Origin: Abditibacteriota bacterium
GTDB taxonomy: Bacteria > Armatimonadota > UBA5829
DNA: 64,000 nucleotides
Assembly (NCBI GenBank): GCA_017552965.1
Contig: JAFZNQ010000101.1
Span: 1,899 to 65,898 of the forward strand
Direction: 5' to 3'
Both the position numbers and the translations under genes were made by a program. Below are positions 37,487 through 46,755 of the stretch, one piece after another. A model generated the notes under the pieces. The model did no database searches. It was not told the DNA's origin and was given only the letters and a program-made list of their open reading frames with translations. Position 1 is the stretch's first letter. Each line of letters starts with the position of its first letter.

Positions 37487-37815
37487 TGTATCTGCGAATC
37501 TCATCGGCTCGGGGGTGGGGTCCGGACCAACCGTGGCGTTCCCGACTCCGCTGCCCGCGCAGACCTGTCGCTCTCTGTAGCCGAACTCTGAGACCTCTTC
37601 AACAGACCGCGGGAGCCTTCCCGCTCACGAGAGAGTCCGGGGGGTTTGTGGCGCTTGGTAAGATATGCCGGCCGACGGGCCCTGAAAAGGGGCCTCATGC
37701 AGGCTCGGCCGTTTCCCGCGCGCTCAAACGCAGGATCTCTGACTTGCATGCTCCCTCGCGGTGACACTGTCAGGTCGCCGCAGCATGGGTCGGATCCGTC
37801 CCCTTCTGGGGGGAC
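37447..37815 (-). ncRNA. Candidate structured non-coding RNA (about 365 nt), class unassigned
   Basis: Bounded by a perfect sigma70 promoter (TTGACA-18-TATAAT) and an intrinsic terminator (GCGGAGccgagaccCTCCGC + U-tract). No credible ORF on either strand; the 116 aa minus ORF is Arg/Pro junk. GC-rich with many local hairpins (5' GUCCCC-CCAGAA-GGGGAC). I could not find tmRNA (no T-loop, no CCA, no ALAA tag), RNase P (no P4 strands), SRP or 6S signatures. Confidence 0.45.
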
Positions 37816-37821
37816 AGTATC

Positions 37822-37851
37822 ATTATATCCCGCCCCGGACGGGAATGTCAA
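37822..37851 (-). promoter_or_regulatory. Consensus sigma70 promoter driving the candidate ncRNA
   Basis: Minus strand cTTGACAttcccgtccggggcgggaTATAATgatactG: -35 at 37851-37846, -10 at 37827-37822, 18 nt spacer. Confidence 0.55.
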
Positions 37852-37852
37852 G

Positions 37853-37879
37853 AGCCCGCAAAAAGAGCCTCCCGGCTCT
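37853..37879 (-). terminator. Intrinsic terminator of the upstream conserved hypothetical gene
   Basis: Minus strand AGAGCCgggaGGCTCT + TTTTTGCGGG, immediately after the stop at 37880. Confidence 0.45.
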
Positions 37880-38977
37880 CTATTCCGGGGCTTCGCCCTT
37901 CTTCAGCTTCACGGCTATCTCCGCCGCGGCGGAGGAAGCCAGGAAAAACTCCGGAGTGTCCTCAAAGGAGTGGCCCATGGTGGAAAGGCGTATGCCCAGC
38001 CGGTCGGCCAAGTCCTTCCCCGCCCGGCAGGAGGACCTGATCAGGCGGTGCCGTCTGCCTATGCCCGACTCCTCCAGCTGCCGGTCCAGGCTCCGGCTCT
38101 TGTCCGGGTCGTCTATCGCGGGCAGGGGGACTATCACCGGCAGCAGGACAAAGTCCCGCAGCATGGTGGCCGTATGATGGCTCAGGCCCCGGTGTCTGGG
38201 TCTCTGGTCAGCAAAGCAGATGCGGGGGATGCACACGCAGCGCCCCTTCATGACCGCCGCGCCGTTCAGCACTCCGGCCATATCCAGACTGCCAAAGCCC
38301 AGACGGGTGCCGGTGCCCGCGTTGCCGGGTCCCGGCAGGACGGCCGCGTAGTCAGCCTTCAGAACGTCCCGGGCAAAGACCATGGCGGAGCAGGCGTTCA
38401 CCGCCTCGTAGTCTCCTCCGAAGGCCTGTCCGCAGGTGATGGTCCAGTCCAGGGCTCCTCCCTGCTTCAGGGTCTTTACCAGCCGGGAAAAGCCTATGGG
38501 CAGGCTGGAATAGTCGGTCATCACGTAGGCTATGCGGCATCCGGGGTCCAGCTCCTTCAGGGCGCAGCACAAAAGGGGCAGCTGGCTGTGGAGCTGTCCG
38601 CACACCACCGGCAAGCCCTCCAGGGAGTCGGCCCTTTCCAGCTGATAATGGTATGGGGAGCCCTGCTCCTCCACGCTCATCACAGTATGCTGGACCGGGG
38701 TATAGCGGCACTTCACAATGTGCCCCCGGTCGTCGCCGGCGGTCTCCTCCGGCCTTGTGAGATCGGCTATGACAAAATGGACCCCGCCGGTGCCCAGAGC
38801 CTTGCGGCAGGCTGTGGTGTTCACCAGCACCCGGTCCCCTTCCCTCAGCTCGCCGGCTATGGCGGCGTAGGCAAAGGCCCGGGCCCGGGACCCGTCGGTC
38901 ATGATGATCTCCGCCTCCGCGGACGCGCCGTCGCAGACGACGATCCGGGAGACCGTGGCTATTTCTCTTGTCAGCAC
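37880..38977 (-). CDS. Conserved hypothetical protein (possibly DUF3866 family)
   Basis: 365 aa from a GTG start (VLTREIATVSR...) preceded by AAGGAGAGG. The longer track ORF N-terminus is Gly/Arg junk overlapping the M20 gene. Family assignment is from memory only. Confidence 0.55.
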   Translation of the reverse strand: MLTREIATVSRIVVCDGASAEAEIIMTDGSRARAFAYAAIAGELREGDRVLVNTTACRKALGTGGVHFVIADLTRPEETAGDDRGHIVKCRYTPVQHTVMSVEEQGSPYHYQLERADSLEGLPVVCGQLHSQLPLLCCALKELDPGCRIAYVMTDYSSLPIGFSRLVKTLKQGGALDWTITCGQAFGGDYEAVNACSAMVFARDVLKADYAAVLPGPGNAGTGTRLGFGSLDMAGVLNGAAVMKGRCVCIPRICFADQRPRHRGLSHHTATMLRDFVLLPVIVPLPAIDDPDKSRSLDRQLEESGIGRRHRLIRSSCRAGKDLADRLGIRLSTMGHSFEDTPEFFLASSAAAEIAVKLKKGEAPE

Positions 38978-40065
38978 TGGCCTCTCCTTTTGCCGAAAAG
39001 CTCTATGAGGGAGACGGCCATGCCGGCCGCTCCGATCACTTCGGCAGCTTCGATATATTCCTCGGGGGAATGGGCGTTCCTGTAGCCGGCGCCCAAAGCC
39101 ACGGCGGGAAAGCCCATGGCCTGCAGTCTGTTGGCGTCGTAGCCGCCGCCGGAGGTATCCAGGGCCGGCTCCAGTCCCGCCATCTCCGCGGCCTCCAGGG
39201 CCAGACGGCACACCGGGGCAGCCGGGTCCGTCTCCAGAGGGGGATATTCGTCTCTCATGGCCACCTCGGCCCGGACTCCCGCCTCCTTTGCCGCCGCATA
39301 AAACGCTGCTGCCATACGCTCCTTCAGCCCCGCCATACGGACCGCGGAGCGGCTCCGCAGCGCCGCCTGCAGACAGGCTCTCTCCTCCCGGGAGCTGCCC
39401 CGGATAAGGCCTGTGTTGGCGGTGTCGCCGTTCTCCAGCCTCCCCCAGGGGAGAGAAGCTATGGCCCGGGACAGGACGCATATGGCCTCGGGGCCCGTAA
39501 CGGTCACGTCCACGGAGGCCCGGCCCGCGGCGGAATACACGCAGACCCCCGCTCTCTTGCCGGCGTCAAAGGAATACCAGGGAGCCCGGGGGAGCCGGGC
39601 CGCCTCCAAATGGAGCGCGCCCTTGAGTCCCTGCTCCTCGCACACCGTAAACACCAGATACAGATCCCCCCGGGGGATCCCTCTTTCTATGGCGGTCTCC
39701 GCGGCTTCGAGGAGGGCGGCCGCTCCCGCCCTGTCGTCGGCTCCCAGAATGGTGGAGCCGTCGCTCCGCAGGACCCCCTGCTCTTCCTTCAGCGCCGGCG
39801 CCCGGGGAGTATCCACCGTGTCCAGATGGGCGTTGAGGATAAGGGGCGCGCCGCCGGAGTCTCCTGCCAGAGCGCAGATCAGATTGCCGCACTCGGTGCC
39901 CAAGGCCCTGCCGGCTCCGTCTTCATACACCCGAAAGCCCAGGGACTCGGCCTTTTCGGCCACGGCGTCCGCCACCTGTCTTTCCCTGCCGGAGGGGCCC
40001 GCGATCAGCAGCAGCCTTCTCAGCAGGGCCAGCAGACGCTCACTGTTTACCTGCGCTCTCTTCAT
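38971..40065 (-). CDS. M20-family metallopeptidase (PepT/tripeptidase-like), paralog 1
   Basis: HLDTVDTP, GADDRAG and EEQG motifs are M20 metal- and catalytic-site signatures. Start taken at the internal MKRAQVNSERLL. Confidence 0.75.
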   Translation of the reverse strand: MKRAQVNSERLLALLRRLLLIAGPSGRERQVADAVAEKAESLGFRVYEDGAGRALGTECGNLICALAGDSGGAPLILNAHLDTVDTPRAPALKEEQGVLRSDGSTILGADDRAGAAALLEAAETAIERGIPRGDLYLVFTVCEEQGLKGALHLEAARLPRAPWYSFDAGKRAGVCVYSAAGRASVDVTVTGPEAICVLSRAIASLPWGRLENGDTANTGLIRGSSREERACLQAALRSRSAVRMAGLKERMAAAFYAAAKEAGVRAEVAMRDEYPPLETDPAAPVCRLALEAAEMAGLEPALDTSGGGYDANRLQAMGFPAVALGAGYRNAHSPEEYIEAAEVIGAAGMAVSLIELFGKRRGQC

Positions 40066-41173
40066 ACAGGACTTCCAGAATATTTCTGACCTGCATGGCG
40101 GAGGTATAGAGATCCTCCTCCCGGATACATTCCTCGTGGGTGTGGCAGTGCTCGTAGCCTGTGCCCAGAGCCACGGCGGGGATGCCCTTGGCGTTGAAGC
40201 AGTTGGCGTCAAAGCCTCCTCCGGAGATCTCGTACACCGGCTCTATGCCCAGCTTCCGGGCAGCCTTGATGGCTGTCTGACAAATGGGCTCCTCCGGGTC
40301 AAATCTGAAGGCCCTGTATTCGTCCGCCACCTCCGAGCGGAGCTCCGCTCCGAACTCGGCGCAGGCCGCTCTGAAGGCCTCGTTGATGGACTCGGTGAGA
40401 GCCGCCAGCTTCTCCGGGTCGTGGCTGCGGGCCTCCGTCAGCACCCGGCAATAGTCGGGCACTATGTTTCTGGCCTTGCCGCCTTCTATCACTCCCACGT
40501 TGCAGGTGGTCTCGCCGTCCAGCCTGCCCCACTGTATCCGGCTGATGGCCGCGGCGGCGCAGGCGATGCTGTTGACGCCCGTTTCCGGAGCCATGCCCGC
40601 ATGGGCGGCCTTGCCTATGATCTCATAGGTCATGGTGTTCTGGCTGGGAGCCGCCACCACCATGGAACACACGGGGCTGCCGGAATCCAGCACGTACATA
40701 TTGCCCGGGACTATCCGGGAGGTGTCCAGATTCACGGAGCCGCAGAGGCCCACTTCCTCGCTGACCGTAAACACGCACTGTATGTCTCCGTGGGGCATTC
40801 CGCTCTCCAGATAGCTTCTGATGCCTTCCAGAGCCACGGCTATGCCGGTCTTGTCGTCGGCTCCCAGGATGGTGGAGCCGTCGCTTTTGATGACCCCGTC
40901 CTCTATGACGGGCTTCAGGTCCGCGGTGGATTCCACGCTGTCCATATGGGCCGAGAATATCACCGGAGCTATCTCCGGGGACCCGGGCAGCAGAGCTATG
41001 ATATTGCCTGCGCCGGCGGGTATCACCCGGCCGGCTCCGTCTTCATATACGCTGAAGCCGGCCTGCTGCAGCTTGGCAGTCACCAGGTCGGCGATACGCC
41101 TTTCGTCGCCGGACACGGAGGGGACGGAGCACAGCTCCAGAAACTCGGAGAGCAGTCTTTGTTTGTTGATCAT
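40040..41173 (-). CDS. M20-family metallopeptidase (PepT/tripeptidase-like), paralog 2
   Basis: 377 aa: HMDSVEST, GADDKTG, SEEVG, dimerisation-domain region. Tandem duplicate of the downstream gene. Confidence 0.8.
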   Translation of the reverse strand: MINKQRLLSEFLELCSVPSVSGDERRIADLVTAKLQQAGFSVYEDGAGRVIPAGAGNIIALLPGSPEIAPVIFSAHMDSVESTADLKPVIEDGVIKSDGSTILGADDKTGIAVALEGIRSYLESGMPHGDIQCVFTVSEEVGLCGSVNLDTSRIVPGNMYVLDSGSPVCSMVVAAPSQNTMTYEIIGKAAHAGMAPETGVNSIACAAAAISRIQWGRLDGETTCNVGVIEGGKARNIVPDYCRVLTEARSHDPEKLAALTESINEAFRAACAEFGAELRSEVADEYRAFRFDPEEPICQTAIKAARKLGIEPVYEISGGGFDANCFNAKGIPAVALGTGYEHCHTHEECIREEDLYTSAMQVRNILEVLYEESAGKQ

Positions 41174-42873
41174 TGCAGCCTCTTGTTTTTTACGTCTATG
41201 GTTTTTTCGTTTCTGTATATCACGAAGCCCGGAGGGGACCCCTTGGGCTTGCGCACGTATTTCCTGAAGGTATAATCCACGGGCACCAGGGAGGAATGCT
41301 TTGCCTGACTGTTGGCGGCGGCGATGCCCGCCGCATAGAGTATGGAGCCGTAGGGCACCTGGTTGCAGGTCTTGGCAGTGGTGCGTATGATCACGTGGGA
41401 GCCGGTGATCTGCCGTCCGTGGAACCAGATGTCGTTGGGACGGGCCAGCCGGGTGGTCAGATAGTCGTTGGCGTCGGCGCTCTCGCCGTACAGTATCTCC
41501 CAGCCCTCCGGAGACCAGGTCCGGCGGATCCTGTAGCCGTCAAAGCCAGAGCCTTCCTCCTCGGCCGCCTTGATCTCCTTCAGCAGCCCGGCCTCCTGCA
41601 GCCGGTTTTTGATGTCTCTGAGCCCCTGCAGCCTGTCCTCTGCCAGAGTCTGCTCCCGGGCCTCCCGCAGCTGTCTCAGGCGCTCCTCCGCCGGAGGTAT
41701 GCGTTCCTCTGCCTGCTCTGCCGCCGCCTTCACCCGCTTGGCCCTCTTGTAATAGCGCTCGGCGTTTTCCGCCGGGGCGAGACGGGTGTCCAGATCTATG
41801 CGCACCGTCTTCAGCTCCGGATCGTAGTAGTCCGTCACCTCGCAAAAGGGGTCGCCCTTTTTGACGGCGTGGAGAGACCCGAACAACAGGTCTCCCAGCT
41901 CTCTGTATCTGTCCGCCATGGGCAGCTTGGCCAGGGTCTCCCGGCAGGACTTGATCAGGCCCTCGTTGAAGGCGATGCTCTTGTCGGTCCGGACCAGCAG
42001 CTCCTTGCGGGCGGTCTCTCTCAGGTGGCGGGAAATGAGGCTCCTGTAGGCAGTGTCCAGAGTCTCGTTGATGGAATCCCTGGGCTTCTGGGAAGCCTCG
42101 GGCAGCGAGCGCAGATACAGAGGGTAGGCCCCGGCGGCCTTGCCGTCGGGCTCAGTCTGGAGCCAGCACCCCGCCGGCAGCTCTTCAAGGCTCCGTATCC
42201 TCTCGTATGCCTGCTCCGTGTCCCCGGGGGTCAGCCCCAGCCACACCTCCGCGGCCAGCTGGGGAGAAAAGCCCTCAAACAGGCCTGTGAAGGCCTTGAT
42301 AAAGGCGGGAGAACACTCTTCGGCCCCTATGTCCCGGATCAAGCCGGCAAAGGTCTCCGGGTCCGTGCGGAAGGGATCTCTTCTCTCCGTATTGGGAGGC
42401 AGAGTGTAGGTCATACCGATCAGCAGCTGCCTCACGGCGCTGACCTTTCTGCCCACGGGCTTGGCCACCCCCAGTATCAGTCCTTCGGAGTCCGTGAGGG
42501 TTAGGTTGGAATGGCGCCCCATAATCTCCAGCCAGAGCTGATACACGGCGCCGCCGCTGTCAAAGGACAGCCTGACTATCCGCTCCAGGCCTATCTGCCG
42601 CACCTCCGTGAGTATGCTCCCCGTCAGGTATTTGCGGAGTATCATACAGAAGTCCGGAGCCTTGGGAGCAGCCTTGATGCCGGAGGCGGTAAGATACATC
42701 CGGGCAAACGTGGCGTTCCAGCTCAGCAGGAGACGCAGGTCCTCCCCCCGGCTCCTCATTTCCAGCAGCGCCTCTGAGCTCTCGGACTGGCGGGCCTTTT
42801 GAACAAGAGCCCCCAGGATACAGGGGCTCAGCTCTTTTATGGTGTGCCTGAGTACCAGGCTGTCATAGGTCAT
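41170..42873 (-). CDS. rqcH: NFACT-family ribosome quality control protein RqcH (fibronectin-binding protein A homolog)
   Basis: 567 aa from MTYDSLVLRHTIKELSP... NFACT-N, coiled-coil, NFACT-R and C-terminal regions. The track's 139 aa N-terminal extension is junk. Confidence 0.8.
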   Translation of the reverse strand: MTYDSLVLRHTIKELSPCILGALVQKARQSESSEALLEMRSRGEDLRLLLSWNATFARMYLTASGIKAAPKAPDFCMILRKYLTGSILTEVRQIGLERIVRLSFDSGGAVYQLWLEIMGRHSNLTLTDSEGLILGVAKPVGRKVSAVRQLLIGMTYTLPPNTERRDPFRTDPETFAGLIRDIGAEECSPAFIKAFTGLFEGFSPQLAAEVWLGLTPGDTEQAYERIRSLEELPAGCWLQTEPDGKAAGAYPLYLRSLPEASQKPRDSINETLDTAYRSLISRHLRETARKELLVRTDKSIAFNEGLIKSCRETLAKLPMADRYRELGDLLFGSLHAVKKGDPFCEVTDYYDPELKTVRIDLDTRLAPAENAERYYKRAKRVKAAAEQAEERIPPAEERLRQLREAREQTLAEDRLQGLRDIKNRLQEAGLLKEIKAAEEEGSGFDGYRIRRTWSPEGWEILYGESADANDYLTTRLARPNDIWFHGRQITGSHVIIRTTAKTCNQVPYGSILYAAGIAAANSQAKHSSLVPVDYTFRKYVRKPKGSPPGFVIYRNEKTIDVKNKRLQ

Positions 42874-44621
42874 TGTTTTTTCGCAGAGGGTATCCTGAAC
42901 TCCACCTTTTTGGAGCCGGAGCCGTCGTCGGGGATGAACTCCACCGTATAGACCAGGGCTTCGCCGGTGACGCTGGATTCCAGCCGGATCCTGCAGGGGG
43001 TCCTGCCGGAAAAGCCGGCGGTCTGATAGAGGCTTCTGTAGGCGTTGAAGGCTCTCTTGTTCAGGTAGCCCGACTTCACTCCGCCCTCGGTCATCATGGC
43101 GTTGAGGGCCGCGCCGTCGCAGAGAGACAGCATCTCCAGCACGTTGGCGTTGTTCACAAAGTCTCCGGCCAGAGGCTTCAGGTCCGGATCGGAGTTGAAG
43201 GCAAAGGACAGCTGGCCCGGGGTAAACCGGCCCATCTCCAGCAGGGTCTCCAGGCTCAGAAAGCCGGTGGCGCCGAGCTCGTTCTTCCACTTCTTCACGG
43301 TGTCGGAGCTCACCTGGGCCTTGATCTTGTCAAACCACTTCACGTCGCTGAAATCAAACTGGCCGTTGGCCAGCTCCACGTTCAGGTCAAAGGCGTCGCA
43401 GATGCCGGTGAGCACCTGATATATGGTGCCCTGCCACTGCAGATCCACGCCCAGCATCCGGAGCACGTCGGAGGAAGCCAGGCCCGTGTCGGCAAAGGAG
43501 TCGCAAAAGACGGGAGCGCCGGTGGCCTTTTCAAAGAGCTTCAGGGCCTCAGGCAGATTTTTGGGCTCTCCCAGATCGATCATGGCAGCCATGGCCGGGT
43601 CGTAGGGTATCTCCTTTTTGTATACGTCGTTGGCGGTCATGATATCCTTGCCCGCCGCCCGCACCAGGCCGCCCATGTCCAGTCCGGCAAACACGGCGTC
43701 AAAGGACATGCCGGGGTTTTCCAGCAGGTCCACGGCCGCCTGGGCCAGAGTGTTGGTGATGGCGCTGTCGGTGTTGATGATGGGCAGCAGTCCGGTGATC
43801 CTGCCGTCCGTGCGGACCACGGCGTAGCCTGAGCACACGGCTCCCAGCTGGTCGGCAGTGATCCTGTTCCGGCCAAGAGGGATATCACCGTTCACCTCTA
43901 TCTCCACGTTGCCGTTGGCGATGGGGCGGGACAGTGTCCGGGTCAGCTCCCGGGGGACCGGGGTATTCCTGGACTGGCACACCTCGTTGGCCAGCTGCAG
44001 TATAAGGCTGTTCAGCTCCTGCACGGCCTGCAGAGTGCCGTCGCTGACTTCGTCGGCGGTAAAGGTCCGCTTTTCTCCGGAGGCCATGCTCTTCATCAGA
44101 TTGGGCGAAGACTTGAGAGCCCGGCCGATCACGTCGCCGGCTCCCGTGGACTTCATGAGATATCTGGCCGGATCGGTCTTCTTCAGGTCGCTGAGGTTCT
44201 CACCCTGGCGGCTCATCATGCCGTCCACCAGCGCAGCGCCTCTGTCCACCTTGGCGTCGGCGCCCATCCGCAGGGTCTCGGATATGAGCTTGTCCGTGTC
44301 GGGTCTGTAGCACAGCACGTAGGTGTTCTCGTCCTTCACGGTCCACATGAGCCGGGTCACGTCGGCTATGGAATACATGACGTGAGGCAGAGCGGCGTTG
44401 TGACAGAACACCATCATCCGTCTTTCCTTCACTCTCCAGTCCTCATCGGGCACTATGGTGGCTCCTGAGGCCTCGGACATCAGCCGGCACAGGTCGGGGA
44501 TGGCTATGGATTCCTCCTCCACCGTGATCCGGCTGTCCACGTATTTCCGAGACAGCTCCTGGCACAGCGCCGGCGCTGCCATCAGGGCAACGAGCAGCAG
44601 GGTACAGATAAGTCGTTTCAT
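42870..44621 (-). CDS. Secreted hypothetical protein (583 aa, signal peptide)
   Basis: MKRLICTLLLVALMAAPALCQ signal. No recognisable catalytic motif. ATGA-coupled to rqcH. Confidence 0.55.
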   Translation of the reverse strand: MKRLICTLLLVALMAAPALCQELSRKYVDSRITVEEESIAIPDLCRLMSEASGATIVPDEDWRVKERRMMVFCHNAALPHVMYSIADVTRLMWTVKDENTYVLCYRPDTDKLISETLRMGADAKVDRGAALVDGMMSRQGENLSDLKKTDPARYLMKSTGAGDVIGRALKSSPNLMKSMASGEKRTFTADEVSDGTLQAVQELNSLILQLANEVCQSRNTPVPRELTRTLSRPIANGNVEIEVNGDIPLGRNRITADQLGAVCSGYAVVRTDGRITGLLPIINTDSAITNTLAQAAVDLLENPGMSFDAVFAGLDMGGLVRAAGKDIMTANDVYKKEIPYDPAMAAMIDLGEPKNLPEALKLFEKATGAPVFCDSFADTGLASSDVLRMLGVDLQWQGTIYQVLTGICDAFDLNVELANGQFDFSDVKWFDKIKAQVSSDTVKKWKNELGATGFLSLETLLEMGRFTPGQLSFAFNSDPDLKPLAGDFVNNANVLEMLSLCDGAALNAMMTEGGVKSGYLNKRAFNAYRSLYQTAGFSGRTPCRIRLESSVTGEALVYTVEFIPDDGSGSKKVEFRIPSAKKQ

Positions 44622-44626
44622 GATAG

Positions 44627-45430
44627 TTACCTCATCTCGTAGTATTTTTCGATCAAAAAGGACTCTGCCATAGTCCTATTTATTTCCTCATAGCAGGTCT
44701 CGTAAAAGACGTCGCATATATTGCCGGCGCTCCGTTCGTACATGCTGCCTTCCCGCAGCAGGTAGTCTGCCCTGAGAGCGGGCTTGGTGCTCCACAGGGT
44801 CTTGCCGGTCACACAATTCTTCAGGTGGGCGGATATGATGGACTTGGAGCGGCGCTCTCCGTCGGTGACCACCGACTCGGTGGTGATGGCCATATTCACA
44901 AAGAGGGCGAACCAGATGCCGTTTTTTCTGGCGATCTCCATGATCTTTCTGTCTCTCTCGGCGTTCAGGGCCACGTTCTTCACCGCATCCTTGTAGAGCT
45001 CGGGCCTGGCTATATCCAGCACGTTGACGAACCTTTCCAAAAACACGCTGAGGCCCGTCTCCTTCAGGTCCGGCTTGCCCTCAAAATAGGAGTCCATGAC
45101 GACAAATATCTTCATGGCCGGCGGGTCGGCGGCCCGCTGCCACATGGTCCACAGGTCCGGCTTCACGGTGATCCTGGCGGTGAGGACTCCGTCCTTTTCC
45201 CAGGCTCTGCCCCTGTCGCTGAGGGTGGAGTAGTCGGCAAGAGGTATATCCAGATAGCCGCACAGGACCTCCAGCACCTGCAGCTCGGCGTTCACCTGAG
45301 CCTCCGTGAGGGCCCGGTCCCTGTCGGGATAGTCGGCGAGGCTCGCCTTGCCCAGGCAGACTATACCCTCTGCCCGGAGAAACACGGCCGCGCACAGCAG
45401 GGCGAGAACCAGAACGCTTTTCTTTATCAT
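44627..45430 (-). CDS. Secreted hypothetical protein (267 aa, signal peptide)
   Basis: MIKKSVLVLALLCAAVFLRAEG signal. Start ATGA-coupled to trmFO. The long track N-terminus is junk. Confidence 0.5.
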   Translation of the reverse strand: MIKKSVLVLALLCAAVFLRAEGIVCLGKASLADYPDRDRALTEAQVNAELQVLEVLCGYLDIPLADYSTLSDRGRAWEKDGVLTARITVKPDLWTMWQRAADPPAMKIFVVMDSYFEGKPDLKETGLSVFLERFVNVLDIARPELYKDAVKNVALNAERDRKIMEIARKNGIWFALFVNMAITTESVVTDGERRSKSIISAHLKNCVTGKTLWSTKPALRADYLLREGSMYERSAGNICDVFYETCYEEINRTMAESFLIEKYYEMR

Positions 45431-46755
45431 AACATATTTTCTCCCATTTTTTCCATAGCTTCCAGGGCCGCCGCGGCTTTTGCCTCCTTGCGCCCCTGCT
45501 TGCCTCTGCCTCCCGCATAGGGCAGGATGCCGAAGTTGGAGTTCATGGGGACAAAGGGCAGCGGCTTGCCGGCCGACGAGAGCCCGGGGCCCCCGGACAC
45601 GTATCTCTGCAGGGCTCCGGTGATGGTGGCTGCCGGGAACAGGATGGGCTCCTGACCGGACAGCAGCCGGGCTATATTGATGCCGCACACTATGCCCGTC
45701 ATGGCCGACTCCATATAGCCCTCCACTCCTATGAGCTGCCCGGCAAAAAAGAGCCGGGGGTCCCGCTTCAGTCTGAAAAAGGGGTCCAGCAGCCCGGGGC
45801 TTTGGAGATAGGTGTTCCGGTGCACCTGTCCGTAGCGGACAAAGGAAGCTCCGGCAAGAGCCGGCACCATGCCGAAAATGCGTTTTTGCTCGCTCTGCCG
45901 CAGCTGGGTCTGACAGCCCACCAGGCCCCACACGGTCCCCTCCCGGTTCTCCTGCCTCAGCTGCAGCACCGCATAGGGGCGCCGTCCGGTGGCCGGGTCC
46001 TCTATGCCCACGGGCTTCAGCATGCCGAAGGCCAGGGTCTCCGGGCCTCTGGCTGCCATGACCTCCACGGGCAGACAGCCTTCGTAATACACGGCCTTTT
46101 CGTCCTCGGCCAGATGCAGAGGGGCCTTTTCCCCCTCCACCAGCGCCTGCACGAAGGCGTGATACTCCTCCCGGGTCAGGGGACAATTGATATAGTCCGC
46201 ATCCCCCTTGCCGTATCGGGACTGCCTGAAGGCGCGGCTCATATCCACCGAGCCTATATCCACCGACGGAGCTATGGCGTCAAAAAAGGAGAGCGAACCG
46301 CTGCCCACGGCGTCCGCCAGGGCCCGGGCCATATCCGGGGAAGTGAGAGGCCCGGTGGCCGTGACGCATATCCCCTCCTCCGGCAGAGAAAGGGCCTCGC
46401 GCCTCACTATCTCTATCCGGTCCGACTCCTCCAGAGCCCGGGTGATATATTCCGCAAAGAGGGCCTTGTCCACGCAGAGAGCGGCTCCCCCGGGCACTCT
46501 GGCTGCCTCCGCAGCCTCCAGCACCAGGGAGCCCATGAGGGACATCTCCTTTTTCAGCAGGCCGTGAGCCGTGTCGGGAGACTCGGCCTTCAGGGATGAG
46601 GAGCACACCAGCTCCCCCAGCAGGTCCGTGGTGTGGGCCGGGGTGGTCTTCAGAGGCCGCATCTCCCACAGCCGGCAGTCCACGCCTCTTCGGGCCAGGC
46701 TCATGGCGCATTCGCAGCCCGCCAGCCCGCCTCCTATCACAGTGACCCGGCTCAC
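45427..46755 (-). CDS. trmFO: Methylenetetrahydrofolate--tRNA-(uracil54-C5)-methyltransferase TrmFO
   Basis: FAD-binding VTVIGGGLAGCE plus a TrmFO/Gid-family body. GTG start overlapping the upstream stop (GTGA). Confidence 0.85.
   Translation of the reverse strand: MSRVTVIGGGLAGCECAMSLARRGVDCRLWEMRPLKTTPAHTTDLLGELVCSSSLKAESPDTAHGLLKKEMSLMGSLVLEAAEAARVPGGAALCVDKALFAEYITRALEESDRIEIVRREALSLPEEGICVTATGPLTSPDMARALADAVGSGSLSFFDAIAPSVDIGSVDMSRAFRQSRYGKGDADYINCPLTREEYHAFVQALVEGEKAPLHLAEDEKAVYYEGCLPVEVMAARGPETLAFGMLKPVGIEDPATGRRPYAVLQLRQENREGTVWGLVGCQTQLRQSEQKRIFGMVPALAGASFVRYGQVHRNTYLQSPGLLDPFFRLKRDPRLFFAGQLIGVEGYMESAMTGIVCGINIARLLSGQEPILFPAATITGALQRYVSGGPGLSSAGKPLPFVPMNSNFGILPYAGGRGKQGRKEAKAAAALEAMEKMGENML

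Noticed and set aside
37409-37591. 60-aa plus-strand ORF and 116-aa minus-strand ORF inside the ncRNA locus
   Set aside because: No RBS, and extreme Arg/Gly/Pro bias. They overlap the promoter-terminator-delimited RNA. They are treated as non-coding.
37447-37815. Identification of the orphan ncRNA as tmRNA, RNase P RNA, SRP RNA, 6S or CsrB
   Set aside because: tmRNA: no GGGG 5' end, T-loop (GGUUCGA), 3' CCA or ...ALAA tag ORF found.

RNase P: neither P4 strand (AGGAAAGUCCGG / ACAGAACCCGGCUUA) is recognisable on either strand.

SRP: no GGAAG...CAGCC domain IV.

CsrB: too few and non-canonical GGA loops. I left it as class unassigned rather than force a name.
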